Assembly: GCA_904063045.1 (NCBI GenBank)
Contig: CAJFCJ010000003.1
Span: forward strand, 1,178,001 to 1,242,000
Direction: 5' to 3'
Source of the DNA: Dimorphilus gyrociliatus
Lineage: Eukaryota; Animalia; Annelida
DNA: 64,000 bases
Part shown: positions 28,170 through 38,850 of the stretch, piece after piece
How positions within the stretch are numbered: position 1 is the stretch's first letter
Layout: every line of letters starts with the position of its first letter
Made by a program: the position numbers and the translations under genes
The notes under the pieces: model-generated
What the model was told of the DNA's origin: nothing
What the model saw: only the letters and a program-made list of their open reading frames with translations
Databases searched by the model: none

Positions 28170-29350
28170 GCAATTCCCTCTCGCTGTTCTAATGAACACG
28201 CGAACGCGTGTTGCCCTACAAAGGATGACACCCGCTCCTATTGTTTTCACCACGAAGATCGCTCGAGATCGAAAATACGTATACGATATCGTAATTAGTC
28301 ACGTGCCTGCCTCTTTTTTTACCTCCTTTCCCTTCCGTTTCTGTTATTCTTTCTTTTCGCGTCCTCCCACTAAATATTATGGTAAACTGACTCGGATATT
28401 TAGACGTGGTAAATAGGAGAGAGTAAGGAGAAACTGAAAGAACGAGAGAAAGAGAGAGAATAGGTATCAATAGCGGCATACACCGCCCTTTTTGCCGCAA
28501 GGATCACGAGAATCCTTAATTGGTCACGTGATTTAGAAAGATTCGTAGTTTTATTCTTTAAATCGCTCCATTCCTCAGCCCCCTTCTGAGACCATAGCCA
28601 ATTATGAATTTTAGCTGTCGCCCAAGTTAAAAAGGGTTCTTTTATCTTTTTTGATTTCTGTCTGTCTCTTTGACCAGGATGAAAACGTTTGCAATGGGTA
28701 ATTGGACGCCCGGGAATTGTAGGAGGCGTTTCAGGATTATTATGCATAAGAGTACTTTACTGTAAAAAGGATTTCATCCTTGAGCTATTTTTCCCCCCTA
28801 AAACTATCTAATTGAGTGCTAAATATAATAAAATTAATAAAGTAAGATAAATAAATCCGAAAACTCAGCAAGCATACGAAAACGTTTAATTATTTAAATA
28901 GAAATAGCCTATGTGCTTAAACAAATATCATATATATATATATATTGAACATTAGGAAATGTATGCGGTTCTTGTAATAATTTCGAAATAATTGGTCACG
29001 TTTACCATTTAACTTTGTACAAAAGCGACTTTGATACAAAAATATTTTTTACTACCGCCCCAACAAAAGTTAAACACGAGTTTTCCACCTTAAAAACTTG
29101 TTGGATTTTTACAGATATACAACGATAATTGGTCACGTGATAGTCGTTTAGCGCGTTTCTAAATATTATAAAACTACTTTTATATGCCCTGTCAATATTG
29201 ACGAAAAGCATTATAGTTCGATTAAGGCTTTCCGACCACTACCAATTAAAACTCATAACGCCATCTATATGGCTATTCCGTCGTTGAAGTCCCCGCTATA
29301 TAGGTACTCGAGCGCACCTGTACAAAGAATATAAAAGGGGAAGAAGGCAA
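28170..29350. promoter_or_regulatory. Candidate enhancer/promoter island with triplicated TAATTGGTCACGT
   Basis: TAATTGGTCACGT(GA) at 28517, 28989 and 29126; TATAAAAG at 29330. Confidence 0.5.
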
Positions 29351-30266
29351 AAAGTAGTGTTATAGAAGCGCTTCTGAAAGGACTCTCGTCGAAGCGATTA
29401 CGATGCAGCTTATCCCTTCCGCAAACGTTTTTCAATAAGACTTTCCTGCTTTAGGGAATTTTTTCCCTGTCCCTTATCTCTATATATATATACAGTGGAA
29501 AGTCTGCGTCCTGTTCGATATTCTTCTAATCTCTTCGGGGACCGTTTCATAATTAAATGCAGTATCCAATCGGCATAAAAGGAAGCTATTAAATGAGCTC
29601 TTCGCCGTGTTTTTCAAAAGCACAATTTCTAAAGCGCTTTGTGCGCTGTGCATACACTATTTAGCAGCTATTTGTTCTATGACCTACTTTTCTATTTGCA
29701 GTTCTACCGCAAAACGTAACTTATACTTCAACTGAAGAACGAAGTAGAATTGTAAAACTAAATTGAAAGTGAAAAGAGGAGAGGCGAAGGCAAAAAAATT
29801 GAAGGACGAAATAAGTAGAGACGGGGGGTAGTGATTGGGAGAGCTAAGAGTACGGGTAGAAGTATTTTAAAGAAAGACGTTGGTGAGCTATTAGAAGCTT
29901 ATTACCCCCGTAAAACTCCATTTTAAGTTTCCTTCAACAAGACCAACGCAGGGTTTTCATAAATATTTAAATTGGCTCGCAACCTATGACCTCGGCAGGA
30001 GGTTGCAAAGTATAATCTCTAAAAGCAGGGTCATAACTTCAGAATGTCACAATCCGCTCGAATGAGTAGAACTGAAAGAATTCATATTGTATAATACACG
30101 TTTAAATTGTAATTACTGTTAGCGTATCATTTTTGAACATATGTAATGTTCAAGCAAGAAGAATAAACGGATTTTTCACTTATTTACACTAGATGATGAA
30201 AAGAGGGGGAATAGAAAGAGGTCCTGTATTTGCTCATTTGCCAGAAGTATTACTCTTCTTTTCTCA

Positions 30267-30338
30267 ATATATACAGTATATACAGTATATACAGTATATA
30301 CATAGATATATACTGTATATATGTATACTGTATATATC
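30267..30338. repeat. (ATATACAGT)n minisatellite with an inverted copy
   Basis: Three tandem ATATACAGT units followed by reverse-complement TACTGTATAT units. Confidence 0.8.
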
Positions 30339-30559
30339 TAGGAGAAGCATATGTATCAGTATATATACGGAAACTATGGAATAAGGAATCCCCGTTTATA
30401 GTTTGATAGAGCTAGACAGAAGTAAATAATAATGGAAACTGTAGACTTTCTGCCTCCTCTTGCGGTTTTCAGTAGACAAAAGACACGCGGAGAATAAAAG
30501 AGGGCGAGGAAGTACAGGGAATGAATACGATTTTAAAACTTTTTGTTCGTTTCCAGATT

Positions 30560-31080
30560 CTTGCTGGGTAGTACATTGTGTAACATCAAAGTGACGTCAT
30601 AGCAGGCGCTTCCGGTTCCGTCATCTCGTTTTCAATTGCGACGATAGTATCCGAGGAGAGTTTCTTTTTCCCTGAACATCCCCGGGAAGTAGGAGTCTAA
30701 TTATTATAATTGATTGACATAATTTATATGCAAAGAACCCGCGGGACGGCAAGGGCAGTTTGCGCTCTCCCGCAGAGCGTCTAACACTCCATTTGTCCTA
30801 ACGAACCTTAACAACTACCCGCCCTTCGAGTGGGTGGTGAAATGGGCGTTTGTCCAGGTGCGCCTTCGACTTTTAACAAGTTTTTTTTCTTTTTTTCTAA
30901 AAAAAATACCGCCCTTTACCGATATTTTCACGATATTTCTCTAGTTTACCCCCGAAGCTTTATATAACATTTACACGGGGCATAAGGGTAGAAAAAAAAG
31001 ACGTACAACTACCAGGCGGCCGACCGTCTATTCAACTAACGGCTTTTTAACTGCAATTCCCGCTCATGCGTTAAAATCTG
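30560..31080. promoter_or_regulatory. Candidate enhancer island
   Basis: ACATCAAAG (TCF/LEF) abuts TGACGTCA (30583-30599); GCGTCTAA at 30777; CAGGTG at 30855; GC-rich relative to flanks. Confidence 0.5.
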
Positions 31081-34000
31081 TGGTGAAAATATTTATTAAA
31101 TAACGTAACTGAATACTGTTTCTAAGATTTAATCTCCTTTGAAAGAGGCCTATATTGTTATTGAGATACTCGAAATATCTGTTATCAATACACCTACGTC
31201 TTTTTCATCCAGGGTAGTTTTGAATAGATAAAACGGTTGTCGTTCAATTTTATGTCTGTGTCTTGTGTGCTGTTGACTGTATTATATATGGTATTTTGTA
31301 TAATGTAAGTATTTACGAAGATACGTTGTAAATCCATTCTAAGATGGATGCATTTGTATAAAAAATATAAAGGAAAAAATTATATCTAATGCATCTATAG
31401 AGAATTATACATATAAACTGTTTATATATATAGATATACAGTATATGTATTTATTTATATAAAATTCTATGTAAACAGCCCATTATTTTCGTATAATTAA
31501 TTTATCATGTGCTTTTTTTTATTTAAAGAACGTTTACTAAAAAGTTGTAGTGTGAGGCCTTCATAGACGAACACGTACAATTTCAAATTTGCAAGAGAGA
31601 AAGCGTTTCCTTTCCCTCTCCCCTCCTACTCTTTCCGTGTGTTTCTTTCTTCTCTTGTTCTCTTCTTTTAATAGACTTTTCTAACCAATGTCTAAAGTAT
31701 TAGCAGCGAATGGTTGTATAAAAAAATCTAATCGGCGACGAGTTGTCCGCGCAAGCATATTAGAATAGCGTCAGTTTTTCCTGTCTTTGATATCTATATA
31801 TCTATTCAATTCGGCCACAATTGCCAATTGAAACAATAGATCAAAAAGCCGGCCTAGGGGAATTGTTTGTTTTGATGTTACAATGTATTCACTATAGAAT
31901 TATAACGATTTTATATTAATTACGGTGAGAATATTGCTGTATTACGTAATAGTTTAACAAACAATTGAATAACGGGTATTAAGGCGTAAGACCCCCTAGC
32001 AGTTAAAAAATAGTTTCTAACAGCTTAAACCGCTTAATCAATCATGACAAACAGACAAACTCCGCTACAGGGGGGCGTTCAAACATCTTGAATGGTGCGT
32101 ACCTGCGCCCTTTTGATGTGAAAAACAGTGCCGAAGGCAAAACGCTTACAACTTGCTATTCAATCATACCATCTTGCTCGGAAGACGCGAACAAACAACG
32201 CCTGACAAAAGGCGTTTTGAACCGTCCATTATTTAAGATAAAAGCTGAAAATTAGGTCACGAACGGTGAGCGTAATTCAAGCGTCTAAGTATGTAGACGC
32301 TGTATTGATATTCATATTGTTGCTGTAAAGTTTGCTCGTCAGTACAAATATACTACTTTCAATTAAATGTAAACGTTCTAAAAGGGGTAGGTTAAAAACA
32401 AGCACCTTTTCAGTTTTAAGGCTTGAAAGATGAAAAGAGGCGTTTCTGGGGAAAGAATAGAATTTAAAGGAAAAAGGAGGCGTCTGACAATAGTTTTTAA
32501 TAAAGTATAATATTGACACTGTATACAACTTGTTTAAAAATTTTCCATGAGTATACGTCCATGATAATAGTGGGTTATTGATTATTAATATTCAACGAGC
32601 AATTAATGAATACCAGCAGAAAATTTTTCGAAATCAACACCTCCTACTCTCCTTCCCAAAACCCTCCTTTCTTCTTAATTATTCAAGCGGGAGCTAAAGG
32701 TAAATGAGGATGTTATAACGACACTTATATGACACAAATAAAAAATTCTCAGTTTTTCTGGCCCAATAGGGAATTTTATTCTTCTATCATTCATTACAGT
32801 ATAACAATAAAGAGAGAAAAAAAAACGCCTAGCTGTTTGCACGGACCAGTTAGAAAGCTAACCGGCCGATAAAAGCGTTTTTTTTACTGTTAATAACGAA
32901 TGAAATTAGGGGGACAGGAGTTTTAAGAAAAAGAAGGAGAGGATAGAAATTAGTTTCCGTGGCTACTTGACAAGAATATATTGTAATCAATTGTTTTCAA
33001 TTAAGGTTTGAAGGGTTCGGGGTGAGAGCTTTCGGCAATTGTCGTCGAAAGAATTAATTAAAATAATTGAGGCTTTTCGAGTACGCTTATTGTTTTCTTT
33101 GGGCGTCGACTAATCGTCTAGAAAGGAAATAAACTGTAAAGAATATAAAAAATATGAAGAAAACCCTAATAACAAGACTTTTCGTTTCCTGAATCTATTA
33201 TAAAAACATCTACGACAAATCACCGGCGTCTACTTTGACGTTTATCTCAATGAATATAAAAAAAATTCTTGTTATTCCCAGCTGAGTTATATTGAAAAGT
33301 GTCGAACACGCATCACTGATTTATATAACATTAAATCGTATCCATCTCCTCGTATCCTCTCCCTCTCTTTCTCTCTCTCTCCCTCTCATTCTCTCTTTCT
33401 CTTTCTATCTCCATCTCTATTTCTCTCTCTCTTTCTGATCCAATATTCTTCTAAACACCCTTACAATCACAGAGCGAAAAAAACAGGGACGAATTTTTTT
33501 ATTTCGTGATGTCTTTCTCTTAAAAGGGATAATAACTTTTCTTGCTTTTACTTATTTTTAAAATACACGCTGGAGTATACTAATTCCTTTCAGAAGGCGT
33601 CTAAAAACTATTGGAAAAAATCTATAGAGCGTTACATTAAGGCAAAAATAATAAAGTGCGTATATCTATAGCACTTCCGTTTACGTTTTACGGGGTAAAG
33701 AAAGAATATCGACTAATAGGCCTATTCGTTAGAAATATCAATCTATTTTGCTTCGTTAATCGAATTAATAGAACATATACGTGGAGAAAATATAGAAGGC
33801 TAATCGACTTTTACCCATTCAAGATATATACAACCTTCCTGCTCAGAACATTAACTTAATTTATTATTTTCCCTGAAATATGTATTTGTTTATTAAACTA
33901 TATTAGATACATTAATTTAATTATGATATGGATAAAGATATGGAATACATAAAGTATTTACTATATATGTAAATTAATTGCATGCGTATGCATTATACTG

Positions 34001-35269
34001 TATATTTATTTTAAAAGATTAAGGCTTAGGAACAATGTATACGAGAAATAATAAGAAAATATAATATAAGTTACTGTGGCAGCACTGTACCGCAAAAAAA
34101 AAAATTGACTGAAAAAATAATATATATACTAATATATAAATATATATATATATTATATTCTTTGAACCTGCTTGTATTACACTGTATTATACACGACTAC
34201 TTATAAACGTTAATCCTGAATTGTCTTTTTTTCTCTTCAAAGCGTCTCTTTTCAATCAAATCCCTGTTAGATAAAAAAGATTTCTTATTAAATAGAATAT
34301 AGATTGCGAACTTGTACGATAGAGAAGTAGCAAACTTATGTTTTATACTCATAAACATATCAGTAGATCTATATACATTTATAAACACATACACACATAT
34401 ATATATATATATATAACTAGGCAGCACGCGTCGCTGATTTTCATCACATTACTAGAAGATTTCTAAGCGAAATAGTTTTCCGTCTGGACGCTTCGGAGGC
34501 GTCGAAGCGTCAACGGTCGCCGCACGACGTGACGTTCGATGTGTGTGATGAGACAGGTGCGGATTTTTTTCCACCCCTTCCAAAAGAACTTATCTGTCCG
34601 ATTGGCGAAACATCTGTCACGAGTCGGAGGTGTAAATTGTTATTGTCACGATTGCACACACACACATACATATATATATAAATACAAATATACATCAATG
34701 CATATATTTATATATCCTTTTTTTATAGCAACTAGCAGAAATAGTGGCTTATTCTGTGTACACATATATATGCTATATATACTTGGTATATATACTGTAT
34801 ATATATCTATATATGTAAATATACGGTTTCAAATATATTTTATAAAATAAAAGGTATTTACGTTAGATTGGAAATCAGAAATGAAAGAGAAAAAAGTAAT
34901 TAATATCCTTTTCTACTCTCTAAACGGAAAAGAGGTAGTCATTCTTTCTTCTACTCTTTCGACCGTAAAATTTAACTGTCCAGTTCGATTGACGGTAAAA
35001 AACGCCGATGTCACGATTTCAACCAACTTTCCATTAACAAAAGATTAAAAGAAACTTGAAGAGAACGAATAAAACATGAAAAATAATATAAATGGTATTA
35101 CCATGAAAGAAAATTAAGGAATGAAAACGAGTTTTGCGGGTAGTAGAACGGCTTCGATATCTTATTAAAAATCGTGATTATCCATATGAGAATTTTCGCA
35201 GGAATGCTTAGCTTTTGGCATTTTTTATCGGTTTGGGAATGCTAAGGAAGGAAGGTATGTATCCAAAAA

Positions 35270-36300
35270 AGCGTCGACCGAGAGAATGGAAAGGGCGAGC
35301 GCATTATATAGAGCAGCGTGGAACGGGAGTATGAATAGAGCGAATTGAATAGGCGCCTAGAAATTGTCTAAATATGTTGGGATGATAGGGAGAGCCGCTT
35401 TACAAAAGTAGATTTCTACAATACATTTATTGTGCGTGCCGAGCTACTGCATTCAACTGCAACACACTACCGCATTCACCGACTTACAATGAGTCGGCGA
35501 AGGCCTGGTGCGACGCTATTCTCTCGCCTGTCTCGTTATGCTAATATTCTTTCATTACGCCGAGGCCAATAAGCGTCGGAGCTGTCTATTTCCCTTTGCA
35601 GTTGCCCGCTGCAACCGATCTTTTTTCCGATTTTTTTTTCTCCCAGTTAACGTCTTCCTCATCTGCTATTTTCCTCAATACTTTAGCCACGTTCCCCATC
35701 GAAAAGTCACGTGACCATATATTTTTTAGGCTTCTTTATCAATAGACAATAGAGAAACGCCGCCGCGACACAGACAATAGGCATCGCACTTATATAATTA
35801 AGAGAGAGATGGAAAAAAGAGTGAAAGAAAGGGAGTCGGTTCGTGCAGGTATGAAAATCGAACGCCCTATCTATATTCGACGCCCCGAAGCCCTGCCAAC
35901 GACTCCGTCATTCTTATTCTATTGTTCCCACCACGAACGGCGGTCGTTTTCCCTATCTTTTTTCCCCGTTACCCGTAACTATGACAACGGTGTCTGTTGA
36001 TGAGAGGCGCGATAAACTTACTAATGAAGCGTCCCTAATTAAGTCGAGAAGAAGACATTAGCGGGGGCACGAGAGGAGATGATTTAAAGCCCAGCGGAAC
36101 GAGGTCGACAAACGGTCTCGGAGGAGAGTCGAGCGTCGAATTAAATTAGGCAACGCTTTCTTACTCGACCCAGCCGGTTTTATTGAAAAAGAGACGACAG
36201 AAGTGACGACCGCACCTGCGACGTATTCACTCATAATTAGGCTACGTTGTTAAAAGGCGGACGTGACTTGGGACCCGAATACACCCAACACCGAACGTGT
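35270..36300. promoter_or_regulatory. Candidate enhancer island
   Basis: ~1 kb CpG-rich block; GTCACGTGAC at 35706; two GACAATAG Sox-type sites at ~35745-35780; CACCTGCG at 36213. Confidence 0.5.
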
Positions 36301-37999
36301 TTAATCGCCTTTCCAATCTCTCTTAGAACTTACCACTTTTCCTTTTTACAATAGTTTAAAAATAATAAAAAACGATCATATTAAGAAAAAGAAGAAAAAC
36401 ATCGTCTATTTTTAATTTATTACTCTTCAATTTCCATTTTACGATCGGATTTTATTTAAAAGCATTTTAGCGTAAATTCTATAGATTATATTAAAAACTT
36501 TTCATCATCTAATACATTTTGCTATTTTAGTTCTTAATTATTGAATTAAACGAGCGTCTAATGGTGGGAAATTTCGATTAAGGTGAAATATTGAAAACAA
36601 GGTAGAATTAATAGAAAATATACTCTAGAAATTCTTAATTTTCTATCTTATCCTTCTTCTGTGATTTCTGTGTTACCCAATTAACTGTTTTATCTATTAT
36701 ACTTTTTTCTCTTCATCTATCAATCTATTTATCTGTCTATCTGTCTCTTCCCCGATTCCTTTTAAACCATTTTCTCAGTTCATTCGTCTGCCTCCTCCCT
36801 TTCCTCTCGCTTCTCTCTTTCTTTTTATTCTGTTAAGCTAGTGTTTAAATGTGAAAACAGAAATTTCAATAGGTCTTTTTAGAATACCAGCAATTAATTA
36901 AATGTATATGCCTTTATAGGATTTTGTACCGGCATGCGAGCCCACTTGAAAAAGCTAATACTCATAAGCTACTTATTTCTTCCTCATCTTTTTTATTCTT
37001 TAGAAATATGAAGAAAAAAAAGAAAAATTACACATATTGCATAATCATAAACTTGGATAGTGTGGGCGTATTTGCATTTTTCCTCTCCTGCTAAGGATTA
37101 GTAATTACTCGTATATTTGGCATCAAAAAAAACCTACGCCCCCTTTTCTTAAGTCTTTCATCCTTCCTTAAGATTTTCAGTACAGTTTATACACTGTAAT
37201 CATAAAGAAAATTTTGTAAAAGAAGAATATCTTTCTTCTTTCATTTGTTTTATTGTTTCTGCTTTATACTAGCTGATTAAGGGGAAAGAGGAGATAGGCG
37301 GAGAAGTAGGCGGAGGAGGAGACAGAGAAGGGTAGGATAAGTGTAAGAATAAGAAGAAAGGAAAGAATTAAAAGTAGAAGAGGTTAGAAACAATTTCAAA
37401 AGTGTTACATCTCTTATAAGCTTAAGCGTCTTTATGCCTCTTACATCAAAATGCATTTTGATTGCGTTAAATCCTCTTTTATGTGTTTCTTACGTCGATT
37501 AACAAAGCATTTGTTCTTTCTTTCCTCTCTTTTTTTATCAATTTATCGTAGTATGGCGTAAAAGATTATTTAGTTTATTCTTATGTTATTTTTTAATCTA
37601 TCATTTCCCTCCATTCCCCTTCTATAACATAGAAACATATAGTATTTAGTCAGTTTGCTCTTCGATTCTCTCTACGATATCTGTTTTTCTATTATATATC
37701 TTTGTTATGTTTTCTTTATTATAAGTAATAGATTATTATTGTAGACGGAAAATTATTGGGAAAACAATTGCGAAAATGAAACTATTGCCCTCAATTGGTT
37801 GGAGATTAAGAAATTATATTCGTTTCTGTGATTTATTAGTCTTCTAAATTGCGTTACCTTTCACTCTACTTCTCTTTCATTCGCTTTAGCCCTTCTGTTC
37901 TTTTTTCTTTCTATTTAGCTCTCTTGTTCCTATTCATTCTTCTCCCTCCCCCTTTTTCTTCCTTCATGTAATTATCTATTATACATGGAAAATTCACCG

Positions 38000-38850
38000 A
38001 CTGTTCTCCATAGACGTCCAGTCGAAGTTACGTAATATATCCGTCGACGCCCATCGTGTGCGGTACATAAAATTCGCATTCATCTCAAGAATTGTAAATC
38101 AAATTTGACGCGGCTGCCAACTTAAGCTCTTAAGCGTCTAATATTTGACGCCTTTAGACGCTTATCGCACAAGCTATTATTCCGCCTATTGAATTGAGAG
38201 TGTTTACGTAGAGGATTTTAGGAGGGATACCCGTAACTAAAAATGGTGTCACCTAGGCTTATTAGGCGCCTGGTTGCTAGGGAAGTAGAGGCGTCTTTGA
38301 AGTGGTCGCTAATGAAAAGGGGATTGCGTTAGACTGTAGATTTTTTCAAACGACTCTCTCCGGCTAATCCGGTGTTTGAGCCATAATTAGAGCGGCCCCA
38401 CGAAAACAATGGAGCGTCACGAGCCGGAAACACCGTCGCCGGCGTCTAAAGTGGCCTTTCGTGTGCTAACCGACGATGCGTGAACAGCCATGAACGCGAT
38501 TTTTCGATTTTTCAGTCGGTGAAAAAGGGCGTCGGCGACACTAAGCGATCAAGCGTGGAGACGCCTCCCCCTGCAGGGTGCAGCGTGGAAAATTAAACGG
38601 CAAGTTGATGAGGAGCTATAAATGTGCCGTCCGTTGAGTCGTTTGTCAGGGGCGTCGATTCAACAACCAGTGACGCTCAACGACGGCTGCTGACACTTTC
38701 CAGGCTGTGCGAAACGACGATACGGCGTCTCTGGGGTGTCTTAATTCCGAGCCGTCTACATCACTCTTTGTCGGTCTCTCAAGTGCTGCTTGATTATGCT
38801 TAAAGAATAAATTATCAGCTTGTACGAAATGCACTCACAAGAATGAGCCT
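38000..38850. promoter_or_regulatory. Candidate enhancer/promoter island
   Basis: One of the most GC-rich non-coding blocks; three GCGTCTAA copies; AAACAATGG Sox site at ~38404; TATAAA at 38617; CTCF-like motif at 38565-38577 (-). Confidence 0.5.
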
